64,000 nucleotides of DNA from Candidatus Aquilonibacter sp. (GTDB lineage: Bacteria; Acidobacteriota; Terriglobia; Terriglobales; Acidobacteriaceae): assembly GCA_035504135.1 (NCBI GenBank), contig DATJSM010000012.1:67701-131700 (forward strand), in the 5' to 3' direction. Positions within the stretch are counted from its first letter, which is position 1. Each line of letters begins with the position of its first letter. The notes beneath the pieces are model-generated. The model made no database searches and had not been told where the DNA came from. It saw only the letters and a program-made list of their open reading frames with translations. Position numbers and translations under genes: made by a program. Below are positions 49,428 to 59,094 of the stretch, piece by piece.

Positions 49428-51014
49428 CTAGCGCGTGGCGCCTTCCTGGATGCGAAGGGCGGCTGAGTCGGTCGGACTGCCGGCGGAGTCGCCTTCGATG
49501 GGTTTTTCGTAGCCGTCGCGGTCGGACATCTCGGTGATGGCGCAGAGGCGCGCGGAGAATCCGGGCTTGAGGTCGTCGAGTCCGAAGCGCCAGGCCCAGT
49601 TGCCGTCGGCGGCGGCGGGACGGTTCATGCGGGCGTCGCTGCCGAGCTCGAGGACATCCTGCAAGGGATAGATGGCGATGTTGGCGACGGAGTCGGCTGC
49701 GGCGCGGATCATGGCCCAGACGATCTCGCGGTCGTTGTTCTTGTCGACCGGGCCGAGATAGGTTTCGATGTTGGCGCGTTCGTCGGGGCGAGTGTCCGAG
49801 CGCCACCAGCCAAGGGTGGTGTTGTTGTCGTGTGTGCCCGTGTAGACGACGGTGTTGGTTACGTAACGATGCGGAAGGTAGGTGTGGCCGCCACGTTCGG
49901 CAAAACCGAACTGCAGAATGCGCATCCCGGGCATGCCGAAGTACTCGCGCAGCTCGTCGACTTCGGGAGTGATGAGACCGAGGTCTTCGGCGACGAAGGG
50001 AAGATCGCCGAAGATTTCCTTGAGGCGATTGAACAGCGCGTGGCCGGGCGCTTTCACCCAGTGGCCGTTCATCGCGGTCTCTTCGTCGGCGGCAATGGAC
50101 CAGAAGGCTTCGAAGCCGCGGAAGTGATCAAGGCGAATCATGTCATAGAGCGCGAGGGAGCGGCGGATACGCGCGATCCACCAGTCGAAGCCACTTTCCT
50201 GCAGAACCGACCACCTGTAGAGCGGATTGCCCCAGCGCTGTCCCGTGGCGGAGAAGTAGTCGGGCGGAACGCCGGAGACGCGTGTGGGTTTGCGCTGATC
50301 GTCGAGTTCGAAGATCTCGGGATGGGTCCAGACGTCGGCGGAGTCGTAGCTGACGAAGATGGCGACGTCGCCGAGGATTTTGATCTTGCGTTCCGCGCAA
50401 TAGGAGCGCAGCGAAGACCACTGCTCGGAGAAGAAGAATTGAATGACCTGCTCGATGGCAACATCCCGGCCAGATTCGTTCAGGACGGAGGTCATGGCAT
50501 CGGGGTGGCGGAAGGCGTATTCGACGGGCCAGTCGATCCAGCCGGAGTAATTGAAGCGGCGGCGGAGTACGGCGAAGATGGCCCAGTCGGTGAGCCAGGA
50601 GATGTTCTCCTGCGAGAAGCGCTGAAAGCGGGCGCGCTCTTCGTCGGTGGCGCGATCGAGGAAGTTGGAAGCGGCTTCTTCGACGATCGGGCGCTTGGCT
50701 TCAAAGGCGCGCTCGAAGTTGCACGCACCGTTGTGGCCGGGAAGGCCGCGGATGCGTTCCGGTGTCAGCCAGCCGGCGTCGACGAGGCGCTCGAGCGAGA
50801 TGAGCAGAGGATTGCCGGCGAAGGCGGACAGCGCGGAGTACGGGGAGCTTCCGTAACCGGTAGGGTTGAGCGGAAGCACCTGCCAAAGGCGCTGCTTGCC
50901 GGCGGCGAGGAAGTCGACGAAGGCGTAGGCGGCAGGCCCGAGGTCGCCGACGCCGCCGTAGGAGGGGAGCGATGTGACGTGCAGCAGTACGCCGGAGATC
51001 CGCTCAGACATCAT
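49428..51014 (-). CDS. malQ: 4-alpha-glucanotransferase (amylomaltase, GH77)
   Basis: GVLLHVTSLP, WQVLPL, GVPPDYFSATGQRWGNP, RLDHFRG, AEDLG, YTGTHDN. Confidence 0.97.
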   Translation of the reverse strand: MMSERISGVLLHVTSLPSYGGVGDLGPAAYAFVDFLAAGKQRLWQVLPLNPTGYGSSPYSALSAFAGNPLLISLERLVDAGWLTPERIRGLPGHNGACNFERAFEAKRPIVEEAASNFLDRATDEERARFQRFSQENISWLTDWAIFAVLRRRFNYSGWIDWPVEYAFRHPDAMTSVLNESGRDVAIEQVIQFFFSEQWSSLRSYCAERKIKILGDVAIFVSYDSADVWTHPEIFELDDQRKPTRVSGVPPDYFSATGQRWGNPLYRWSVLQESGFDWWIARIRRSLALYDMIRLDHFRGFEAFWSIAADEETAMNGHWVKAPGHALFNRLKEIFGDLPFVAEDLGLITPEVDELREYFGMPGMRILQFGFAERGGHTYLPHRYVTNTVVYTGTHDNNTTLGWWRSDTRPDERANIETYLGPVDKNNDREIVWAMIRAAADSVANIAIYPLQDVLELGSDARMNRPAAADGNWAWRFGLDDLKPGFSARLCAITEMSDRDGYEKPIEGDSAGSPTDSAALRIQEGATR

Positions 51015-51100
51015 CGCGTGCTCTCACTCCTTTGCTCCTGAAGCGTAGGACGGTGAGAGCCGCGGGGCGGGATGCCGAAGCAGGATCTGTGCACGGTGGC

Positions 51101-53065
51101 TTACGGAAGGCCGGCTGACTTCTGGCGGCTGTAGATAACGGCGCCTTCCTGCAGGAAGCGCTGCATGACGGAGCCGGCGAAGACGCCGAAGGCCTCCTGG
51201 CGCTGCTGATCGAGAAGCTTTTCACGCGTCGCGGGAAGATTTTGAGCAAGGTCCTGGGCGGTGGGCTCCTGCTTGTCCACGATCTGCGCGACCGAGCCGT
51301 TGGGCCCTTCATTGATGGGACCCGAGATACCGCCCTTGGGCAGCGAAAAGAGCACAGAGGCATCGCCGCTCATGGAGCCGAGATCGGGAACCTGCGCATC
51401 GCGGCCGACGAAGTCGCTGGTCTTCATCGGAATCTTCATCTCGGCGGCTGCCTTGGCGAGGTCGTTGAGCACCTTGGCACGGTCAGAGAGCTTGATGAGC
51501 TGGGCGTTGAGCAGCTCCGGCGCCTGCTGCTGGCGATAATCGTCGAGCACGTGCGGCTTCCAGGTAGCGAAGTCGGGGGCGTGAGCGGGCTTGATATCGA
51601 GCACCTGGAAGATGGCATAGCCTTCGCCGGTGGAGGCGCTCTGCGGTGCTGCATCTTTGGGCGCGCTGAAGGCGGCGGTCAGAAGGGCGGAGGAGTCAGG
51701 CAGAGTGGAGATGACGCCGTTCTGGCCGATGTAATCGGTGGTGACGACGTGCAGGTTATGCGCCTGGGCGGTCTTTTCGAGGCCGTCCTTCTTTGCCTCG
51801 GCGACGAGCTGATTGGCGTAGTTCTGCGCAGCTGACGCGGCCTTCTGGCTTTCGAGCGCGGCAACAATGGAGTCATGAACCTCGGAGAGCGGCTTAGTGT
51901 GCGCGGTCTCCTTCGCTTCAAGCTGAATGATGTGATAGCCGAACTGCGAGCGCACCAGGCCGGAGGTCTGTCCGGGGTTGAGCGCCATCGCCGCCTTGGC
52001 GTAGGCCGGATCAAGGTTGGAGGTGGGCATCATGGGAAGCTCGCCGCCCTGGTCTTTAGAGCCGGGATCGTCGGAGTACTTCTTGGCGAGGTCGGCGAAC
52101 TTGGCGCCGGACTGAAGCTGCTTGAGGATGTCCTCGGCTTTGGCTTTCGCCGCGTTTTCGGCAGCGGCGTTGGCGCCTTTGGCGACAGCGATGAGGATGT
52201 GGCGCGTCTTTACCTCTTCGGGAACCTTGAACTGATCCTGATTGGCGTTGTAGTAGGCCTGGATCTCAGCGTCGGTGACCTGCGGACGGCCGCCGGGAAG
52301 GCTGGCGTCGTCGAAGGCGATGAACTGGATCTTGCGAGTCTCGGGAATCGCGTTGGCGTAGCGAGCGGCGTTCTGTTTGAAGAAGGCCTGAAGCTGGGCG
52401 TCGGTCGGATTGATGGTCTTGGCGATGTCGTCGGCGGAGATGACGGCGTAGTTGAACTTGATCTTCTCGCCCTGCTGCATGTACGCGGCGCGGACGGCGC
52501 TGTCGGACACGGTGACACCACCGGTCACGAGAGCCTGCAGGCGCTGCAGCTCGAGATCCTGCTTGACCTCGTCCTGAAACTGCGCAATGCCGAGGCCGAA
52601 GAACTGCTGGACGAAGGCCATGTATCGGTCGTCGCCGATGTACTGGCCGTTGGGGTAAAGATAGGTCGAAAGCGGACCGGTTTGAAGCTCGTGGCGCAGA
52701 TCGTCATCGGAGACCTGGAGGCCGAGGCTGTCGGCAACGCGCACCAGTACGGCGCGCTCCACCTGCTGCTGACCGACGCGGCTGATGAGGAAGGGCTTCG
52801 CGTAGTCGGGCAGATGCTGCTGCTGCATCTGGCGCTCGGTGAGCTGCTGGACGTCCTGCATGGAGATTTCGGTGTTGCTGCCGAAGATCTTTCCCCACAG
52901 ACCGGGAGAGCGAACGGTGGCGAACAGGGCAGTGTTGTTCGCGGCGCTGTCGTCATTGAAGATGCCGGGCACCAGAGTGATGACCATGGTGACGATGGCG
53001 GCAGCGATGATGAGACCGAAGATGATCTTGGTGGCTTTGTTGTCCTGCTGAAAGAGACGGATCAT
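51101..53065 (-). CDS. ppiD: Membrane-anchored parvulin-type PPIase/chaperone (PpiD-like)
   Basis: N-terminal TM, SurA-N-like domain, RHILI..FADLAKKYSDDPGSKDQGGEL..SQFGYHII. Confidence 0.85.
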   Translation of the reverse strand: MIRLFQQDNKATKIIFGLIIAAAIVTMVITLVPGIFNDDSAANNTALFATVRSPGLWGKIFGSNTEISMQDVQQLTERQMQQQHLPDYAKPFLISRVGQQQVERAVLVRVADSLGLQVSDDDLRHELQTGPLSTYLYPNGQYIGDDRYMAFVQQFFGLGIAQFQDEVKQDLELQRLQALVTGGVTVSDSAVRAAYMQQGEKIKFNYAVISADDIAKTINPTDAQLQAFFKQNAARYANAIPETRKIQFIAFDDASLPGGRPQVTDAEIQAYYNANQDQFKVPEEVKTRHILIAVAKGANAAAENAAKAKAEDILKQLQSGAKFADLAKKYSDDPGSKDQGGELPMMPTSNLDPAYAKAAMALNPGQTSGLVRSQFGYHIIQLEAKETAHTKPLSEVHDSIVAALESQKAASAAQNYANQLVAEAKKDGLEKTAQAHNLHVVTTDYIGQNGVISTLPDSSALLTAAFSAPKDAAPQSASTGEGYAIFQVLDIKPAHAPDFATWKPHVLDDYRQQQAPELLNAQLIKLSDRAKVLNDLAKAAAEMKIPMKTSDFVGRDAQVPDLGSMSGDASVLFSLPKGGISGPINEGPNGSVAQIVDKQEPTAQDLAQNLPATREKLLDQQRQEAFGVFAGSVMQRFLQEGAVIYSRQKSAGLP

Positions 53066-53240
53066 GCCTGGTTGACGACCTTCACTTCACAACGAGCCGT
53101 GGGCCGGTCTCGTATCGCCCGGGATTTGCGCAGGGCCTGAGGCGTCTCGCGCGGAGACGGACCACACCTGCTTGCAGGGGCTTCAGTCGAGTATAAATCA
53201 CTGCACAGCACGAGCTTTGGCAGAGTCCGGGGCAGAAAGA

Positions 53241-53265
53241 AGAGGCTGCGACGTTCGCAGCCTCT
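53241..53265 (-). terminator. Intrinsic terminator of the BON gene
   Basis: AGAGGCTGCGA-cgt-TCGCAGCCTCT, then TCTTTCT on the minus strand. Confidence 0.7.
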
Positions 53266-53296
53266 GGTGTTGCAGAGGGGTGGGATGCTACGCGTT

Positions 53297-54715
53297 CTAG
53301 TAAGGAGCGTAGTAGTAGCCGTAATACGGGCTGTAGTAGCGGCGCATCCGGGGCTGGGGCGGCTGATTGGGACCGGCAGCGTAGGCGAGGCGGGCCATCT
53401 CCTGCTCGGAGACGGTCTTGACCACGGCGGGCTGGGCCAGCTGGAAGGTGATGACCGCTTCAGGCGGAATGATGACGCGGCCTCCGGGCGAGGATGCCGA
53501 TCCGGCGACGCCGACCGCACCACCCGCCGCAGCGCCGATGGCTGCTCCCGCTCCGCCGCCGGCGATTCCGCCGAAGATGGCGCCGAGTGCGCCAAGGCCG
53601 AGCGCGCTGTTTACGGTCGTGGCGGACTTGTCGCGACCCTCACGCTGCCAGAGTTCGGTGTTCAGCGGATAGGTGATGCCGCCGAGCGTGACGCTGTTGA
53701 TGGCAAGGCTCAACTCTCCATGACCGCTAAGGGCTTTCGCCTTCTTGGCGTCCACCACGGTTCCCTGAATCTGGGCGCCGCGCGGGATGGCGACCTGGCC
53801 GTCGGCGGGTACGTCGTTGAGGACTGTGCCGTCGAACGGAGTGCCGGGCTTGAGGTGGTTGGAGTCAAGGCCGCGGTTGATGCGGATGCGAAGCATGGCA
53901 CCCGCCGGAATGGTGACCTGAACGCCGGCAACCTGACCGCCCGGAGGATTGTAGGCCTGCTGCGGTCCGTTATAGAGAGGGCGCCGCGCCGGAGGACCGT
54001 AGGGCTGAGGCTGCGTTTGATCGGGATACTGGCCTTGTGCGGGATACTGCCCCTGTTGGGGATACTGGCCTTGTTCGGGGTATTGGCCCTGGGGTGGACC
54101 ATAACCGCCGGGATACTGTTGATTCGGTTGAGCCGTCTGAGGGGGACCGTAAGGCTGTTGTTGAGGAGCCTGTTCTTGCGGCGGCCCGTAGCCGCCCGGG
54201 TACTGCTGGTTCGCGTCGGCCGGCGGGGGCGCGGGCTGCTGGCCGTTGTCCGGCGGATATTGGCCGGGCTGCTGGTCCTGACCAGGCGCGGGAGGCTGCG
54301 TGTTATCAGCCTGCTGCGGGGGTGCGGGCGCGTAGCTGCCGTCAGATTGCAGCTGGCCGTTCGGGGGCGGCGGGGCACTTTGGTTGGAGGCCTGGTCGGC
54401 CGGGGCGGGAGTGTCGCCGAGCGACAACTCATCCACAACCTTTTTGACTCCGGCAGCGCGCGCGACCAGATCTTCTGCCTTGGTGCGCATGGCATCGTCC
54501 TGCACGTTGCCGGTGAGGGTCACGGTGCCGTAGACCGTTGCAGACTGAATGTTCTGGGTGGAAAGCTCGGGCGCGGAGGCCAGCGCACGAAGCACGTTCG
54601 CTTCAATCTGTGCGTCGGACATCGCCGGCTGATTCTGGGCAACGGCCGATGTGGCGAAGGCCAGGCTGCACCCTAATATTGTGTAACCAACTTTGGAAAA
54701 GCCCTTGCGGCTCAT
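53297..54715 (-). CDS. BON domain protein with Gln/Pro-rich linker and glycine-zipper/TrbI-like C-domain
   Basis: Signal peptide; DAQIEANV...GTVTLTGNV...GVKKVVDEL; QGQYP repeats; GAAIGAAAGG zipper. Confidence 0.85.
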   Translation of the reverse strand: MSRKGFSKVGYTILGCSLAFATSAVAQNQPAMSDAQIEANVLRALASAPELSTQNIQSATVYGTVTLTGNVQDDAMRTKAEDLVARAAGVKKVVDELSLGDTPAPADQASNQSAPPPPNGQLQSDGSYAPAPPQQADNTQPPAPGQDQQPGQYPPDNGQQPAPPPADANQQYPGGYGPPQEQAPQQQPYGPPQTAQPNQQYPGGYGPPQGQYPEQGQYPQQGQYPAQGQYPDQTQPQPYGPPARRPLYNGPQQAYNPPGGQVAGVQVTIPAGAMLRIRINRGLDSNHLKPGTPFDGTVLNDVPADGQVAIPRGAQIQGTVVDAKKAKALSGHGELSLAINSVTLGGITYPLNTELWQREGRDKSATTVNSALGLGALGAIFGGIAGGGAGAAIGAAAGGAVGVAGSASSPGGRVIIPPEAVITFQLAQPAVVKTVSEQEMARLAYAAGPNQPPQPRMRRYYSPYYGYYYAPY

Positions 54716-54891
54716 AGTCGATTCTGCTCCTGATCCGGGGTGGTTGCGGGCGCTCAGATACAGGTTCGCGCCACGGACAATCATCCATCAGTGAAGACGC
54801 GGTTTCCGGCAAAAAGTTCCGCGGGTTTCAGCATCCGGCAACCCGTCAAATCTTCTTCCTTCCTATGAGATTCCAAGCGGCGATGGAGCGT

Positions 54892-54920
54892 TTGACCCAT
54901 TCTGCGCGGGGTGGCATCAT
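54892..54920 (+). promoter_or_regulatory. Putative tRNA promoter
   Basis: TTGACC-17 bp-CATCAT with extended -10 TG. Confidence 0.6.
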
Positions 54921-54925
54921 AGAGA

Positions 54926-55002
<77 letters not shown>

Positions 55003-55029
55003 TTTAGTTAGCAAAAACGCCCCCAAGAT

Positions 55030-55068
55030 ACCCCACTTAACCGCAATGCTGTGCGGAGTGGGGTTTTC
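55030..55068 (+). terminator. Terminator after the tRNA
   Basis: ACCCCACT..CCGCA/TGCGG-AGTGGGGT followed by TTTC. Confidence 0.6.
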
Positions 55069-55177
55069 TATTGCGGTTGCGAAGTTCCTTCCTTCAGGGC
55101 TATGCGCTTCTCAGGGCTTCAGCAACATAAAGTATCGAGGCAGGGGCGAAATCGCATCTTGCAAAGAGACTTGACGG

Positions 55178-55768
55178 TTAAGTGGCCTCAATTTGTTGGG
55201 GTTTCTGTGTGCCTTCCAATTGCCTGAAGAGCCAGACGCGGGCAAGTGACCAGTCCCGCTTCACAGAGCGTGAGGAGATTTTCATAACCGACGCAATCTG
55301 CTCGATGGAAAGGCCGCCAAAGTAACGCAACTCAACGATCCTGGCCTGCCGGGCGTTGTGCTTCTCCAGCCGATTCAATGCGTCGTCGAGCTGTTCAATC
55401 TGCTCCAGTTTCTCCGGGGTGATGACCAGCTCCTCTCTCAACTCAACCTTCTGCAAACCCCCTCCGCGCTGCTGCGCTCTATGCGCGCGCGCATAATCCA
55501 CCAGGATGTTTCGCATCGTCGTGGCGGCAACTGCCATGAAATGATCGCGACTGTTCCAATCCGTGTCATCGTGGGCAAGCCGCAGATAGGCCTCGTTGAT
55601 CAAAGCAGTTGCCTGCAGGGTGTGATCGGGGCGCTCGCGCCGCATATAGGAACGGGCCAGGCGGTGGAGTTCGGTGTAGACGAGGGGAAGCAGATCTTCG
55701 GCCGCATGCTGATCGCCGTGGGCCATGGCCTTGAGAAGTTGCGTCACCTGGCCCTTCTGGCTTTCCAT
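55178..55768 (-). CDS. ECF sigma-70 factor, kinase-associated (TIGR02999-like) type
   Basis: VTQLL...GD..AAEDLLPLVYTELHRLARSYMRRERPDHTLQATALINEAYLRL; VELRYFGGLS, VKRDW. Confidence 0.92.
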   Translation of the reverse strand: MESQKGQVTQLLKAMAHGDQHAAEDLLPLVYTELHRLARSYMRRERPDHTLQATALINEAYLRLAHDDTDWNSRDHFMAVAATTMRNILVDYARAHRAQQRGGGLQKVELREELVITPEKLEQIEQLDDALNRLEKHNARQARIVELRYFGGLSIEQIASVMKISSRSVKRDWSLARVWLFRQLEGTQKPQQIEAT

Positions 55769-55896
55769 AGGTCTGCCTCGAGAAGCGTTGTGCTATTATC
55801 AACGGTCGCCTCCAATCGCGCAGCAGAATAACGGCTCGGGTTCTCATCCGGCTTCCGTCCAGCGAGTCTTTTTGTGAGCCTTTTCGGTAACCCACA

Positions 55897-58800
55897 ATGG
55901 CAGAACAAGAGCAATCGGCAGAACAGATATTCGGCGCCGCATTGGAACTGCCTCCTGAGCAGCGTTCCGCCTACCTGCTGCGCGCATGCCGAGAGGCTCC
56001 TGAGCTGCGCACGCTGATTGAGCAGCTGATCGTCGACTACAGCCGCATGGGCAGCTTTCTGGATAGCGTTGCTGTCCGCGGGCCGGGGACAGAGGATGGC
56101 TCTTCTACAGCGCCCTCAATTAATACTGGCCTTCCGGTTGGGGCTTCGCTTGGTCGTTACACGATTCTTGAGCCACTTGGCTCCGGCGGAATGGGTACGG
56201 TCTATCGCGCCCGCGATGAGAAGCTGGAGCGCGAGGTCGCCATCAAGATTCTTTCGCCCGGCGTCCTGAGCAATGAGGAGATGAGGCGGCGCTTCCGTCG
56301 CGAGGCCCTCGCGCTCGCAAAACTTGCGCACTCTCACATCGCGGCGATCTACGACGTCAGCGAACAGGACGGGATCGACTTCATTGTGATGGAGTGCGTG
56401 CCGGGCCAGACCTTGGCCGCTGCGCTGCGATCAGGGCCGCTCTCGATCAAAGACGCCACCGCTGTCGCGCTGCAGATCGCTCAGGCACTCGAAGAAGCGC
56501 ATGAGCGCGGCGTCATTCACCGCGACCTTAAGCCGGCAAACGTGATCATCACTCCGAAACGGCAGGTCAAGGTTCTCGATTTCGGCATCGCCAAGCTGCT
56601 CGCACAGCAATCCGGCGATGCGACGGCGTCGATGGAAACGGCTCTGCTCGCCGGCACGCCACTTTATATGTCGCCGGAGCAGGCTGAAGGTCGCGTCGTC
56701 GATGCCCGCACAGATCTCTGGAGCTTGGGCGTTCTCTATTTTGAGGCGATCACCGGACAGAGCCCCTTTAGCGCCGCGGGCACCATCGCCATCTTGAACC
56801 GCATCGTTCACGATGCGCCGACGCCCCTTCACGCGCTGCGCCCGGATGCAGGCGCGGAAGCGGAAAGAATCGTCGCGCGTGCTCTCGAGAAGGACCCTGC
56901 GAAGCGATATCAGACGGCTGCGGAAATGGCCGAGGACTTGTCTGTTCTGCTCGCTTCGTTCAGTGCCACGAGCCTCATCGTGCAAGCGCCTCCGCGGTCG
57001 CGGGCCGGTTTCATCGCGGCGGCATGCGCTCTGCTGCTGTTGCTGGCCGGTGTGGGCACGTGGTTCTACCATCGCGCCACTATGCAACGGTGGGCCAGCG
57101 AAGATGCCGTTCCACAGATCCAAGCGTTGCTCTCCAAAAAACAGCCGCTGGCCGCGTTTCAGATTTTGCGAAAGGCGCGACGTTATCTTCCCGACGATGC
57201 TCAGCTGAAGAAACTTGCGGACGACAATGTGACCACAGTCTCCGTCGACTCCTCGCCACCGCACGCCGATGTCGCCATCCAGGATTACGCGATGCCCGGC
57301 GGCCAATGGTACAGCCTGGGCACGACACCGCTGAAATCTGTCCAGATTCCCGACGGATACTTTCGCTGGAAGGTCTCGAAATCCGGTATCGGATCATTGC
57401 TTTCCGCTCCTATGACGACCAAGGAGATGAGCTTCGATCTCGACGCTCAAAAGAGTGCACCCGCCGGAATGGTCTATGCACCGGGCGGCAGATGGATCGA
57501 CTACGTCGGATTCGTCGGTTGGCAGGGTCCTTTCCAGATGCCTCCCTATTATGTGGACCGCGATGAGGTAACGAACCGCGATTACCAGGCGTTTGTCGAT
57601 GCGGGAGGCTATCGCGATCAGAAGTTCTGGCCTGCGTTCCTCAAGGATGGCAAAACGATCTCCTTTGATGAGGGGATGTCGCAATTTCGCGACGCCACGG
57701 GACGTCCCGGGCCTTCGACGTGGACCGCGGGTCACTACCCCGACGGTTCCGGCGATTTCCCGGTTACGGGGGTGAGCTGGTTTGAAGCCAGTGCTTACGC
57801 TGCGTGGGCAGGGAAGAGTCTTCCAGTCCTGGCGCAATGGAAACAGATTGCGCCCTCCGACATAACTGCTGCAGTGGTGCAGGTAAGTAATATCGCAGGC
57901 CATTCCCTGGCGCCGGTCGAACGCTTCAACAGCCTCGGTCCTCTGGGCACGTACGATGCAGCGGGCAATGCGAGGGAGTGGGCGGCGAACGTTGTGGACG
58001 GCAATCTCCGTTTCATCCTTGGAGGGTCGTGGCGATCGCCAAACTATCTCTACTATGACCCGGAGGCCGCCTCACCGTGGGACCGCTCCGATACGAACGG
58101 TTTCCGCTGCGTCCGCAATCTGAAACCGTTGCCGGAAGCGAGTACGGCCGTGGTTCATCGTCTGCTTCGCGATTTCACGCACTTTAAGCCCGCGCCTGAC
58201 AGCGTCTTTAGCGCCTACAAGGTCCTTTACGATTACCCTTCCACGTCGCTCGATGCGGTTTCCGAAGGTGTTGTTCGCGAGACCGATGATTGGCGAGAAG
58301 AAAAGGTGGACTACAACACCGGCTACCGGGGCGAACGTATGTCGGCTTTCCTCTTTCTCCCGAAGCGTGTGCGGCCACCGTTCCAAACGGTTGTGTTCTT
58401 CCCCAGTGCGCGCGTGCTTGTGTATAGCAGCAGCTCAAATGGTCGTGAGCTCGGCGATCTTCAGTTTTTCGACTACATCCTCCAGAGCGGACGTGCCGTG
58501 ATGTATCCGATCTACGAGGATACTTACGATCGCAAAGTGCGCTATTACTTTCCGGCCGCTTCGCAAAGTATTCAGCTCACCACAGATCAGTACAAGGACA
58601 TGGCTCGCTCGATCGACTACCTGGATACTCGTCCTGACATCGACCACTCGCGGCTGGCCTATCTCGGTGTGAGCATGGGCGCGGCGCAGGGAGTCATCAA
58701 CGTAGAGCTGTCGCAGGACCGGCTGAGGACAGGGATCTTGTTGGACGGGGGATACTTCCTCGATCCTCCCACTCCCGGCGCGGATCAGGCAGAATTCGCT

Positions 58801-59022
58801 CCGAGGATCAAGATTCCAATGCTCATGGTGAATGGACGCGAAGACTATGTCTTCTCCGTGCAAGAGTCACAGGATCCACTCTTCGCCATGCTTGGGACAC
58901 CATCCGCGAACAAGAGTCATGTCTTGCTGGATACACCGCATGACGTTACGGAGCAACGTCCCCAGCTTATTCATTACGTGCTTGATTGGCTTGATAAGTA
59001 TCTCGGGAGAGTCAACAACTAG
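55897..59022 (+). CDS. Membrane Ser/Thr kinase with FGE-sulfatase-like and alpha/beta-hydrolase domains
   Basis: GSGGMG, VAIK, HRDLKPAN, DFG, GTPLYMSPEQ; TM helix; EVTN..Y..FV, PVTGVSWFEA, GNAREW, GFRCV; GVSMG, NGRED, PHD. Confidence 0.93.
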   Translation: MAEQEQSAEQIFGAALELPPEQRSAYLLRACREAPELRTLIEQLIVDYSRMGSFLDSVAVRGPGTEDGSSTAPSINTGLPVGASLGRYTILEPLGSGGMGTVYRARDEKLEREVAIKILSPGVLSNEEMRRRFRREALALAKLAHSHIAAIYDVSEQDGIDFIVMECVPGQTLAAALRSGPLSIKDATAVALQIAQALEEAHERGVIHRDLKPANVIITPKRQVKVLDFGIAKLLAQQSGDATASMETALLAGTPLYMSPEQAEGRVVDARTDLWSLGVLYFEAITGQSPFSAAGTIAILNRIVHDAPTPLHALRPDAGAEAERIVARALEKDPAKRYQTAAEMAEDLSVLLASFSATSLIVQAPPRSRAGFIAAACALLLLLAGVGTWFYHRATMQRWASEDAVPQIQALLSKKQPLAAFQILRKARRYLPDDAQLKKLADDNVTTVSVDSSPPHADVAIQDYAMPGGQWYSLGTTPLKSVQIPDGYFRWKVSKSGIGSLLSAPMTTKEMSFDLDAQKSAPAGMVYAPGGRWIDYVGFVGWQGPFQMPPYYVDRDEVTNRDYQAFVDAGGYRDQKFWPAFLKDGKTISFDEGMSQFRDATGRPGPSTWTAGHYPDGSGDFPVTGVSWFEASAYAAWAGKSLPVLAQWKQIAPSDITAAVVQVSNIAGHSLAPVERFNSLGPLGTYDAAGNAREWAANVVDGNLRFILGGSWRSPNYLYYDPEAASPWDRSDTNGFRCVRNLKPLPEASTAVVHRLLRDFTHFKPAPDSVFSAYKVLYDYPSTSLDAVSEGVVRETDDWREEKVDYNTGYRGERMSAFLFLPKRVRPPFQTVVFFPSARVLVYSSSSNGRELGDLQFFDYILQSGRAVMYPIYEDTYDRKVRYYFPAASQSIQLTTDQYKDMARSIDYLDTRPDIDHSRLAYLGVSMGAAQGVINVELSQDRLRTGILLDGGYFLDPPTPGADQAEFAPRIKIPMLMVNGREDYVFSVQESQDPLFAMLGTPSANKSHVLLDTPHDVTEQRPQLIHYVLDWLDKYLGRVNN

Positions 59023-59094
59023 CGCTGTCTTTGAAGACTGCGAGTTGCTTTTCGCTGATGGTGCGGAGACGTCGGAACTCGAGCGAAACGAAGC

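Noticed and set aside
54906-54914. GCGGGGTGG duplicate of the tRNA 5' end as an att site
   Set aside because: Only 9 bp, within the promoter spacer; integration normally duplicates the 3' end
55003-55177. Integrase or IS at the island edge
   Set aside because: No recombinase or transposase motifs seen here or anywhere in the window
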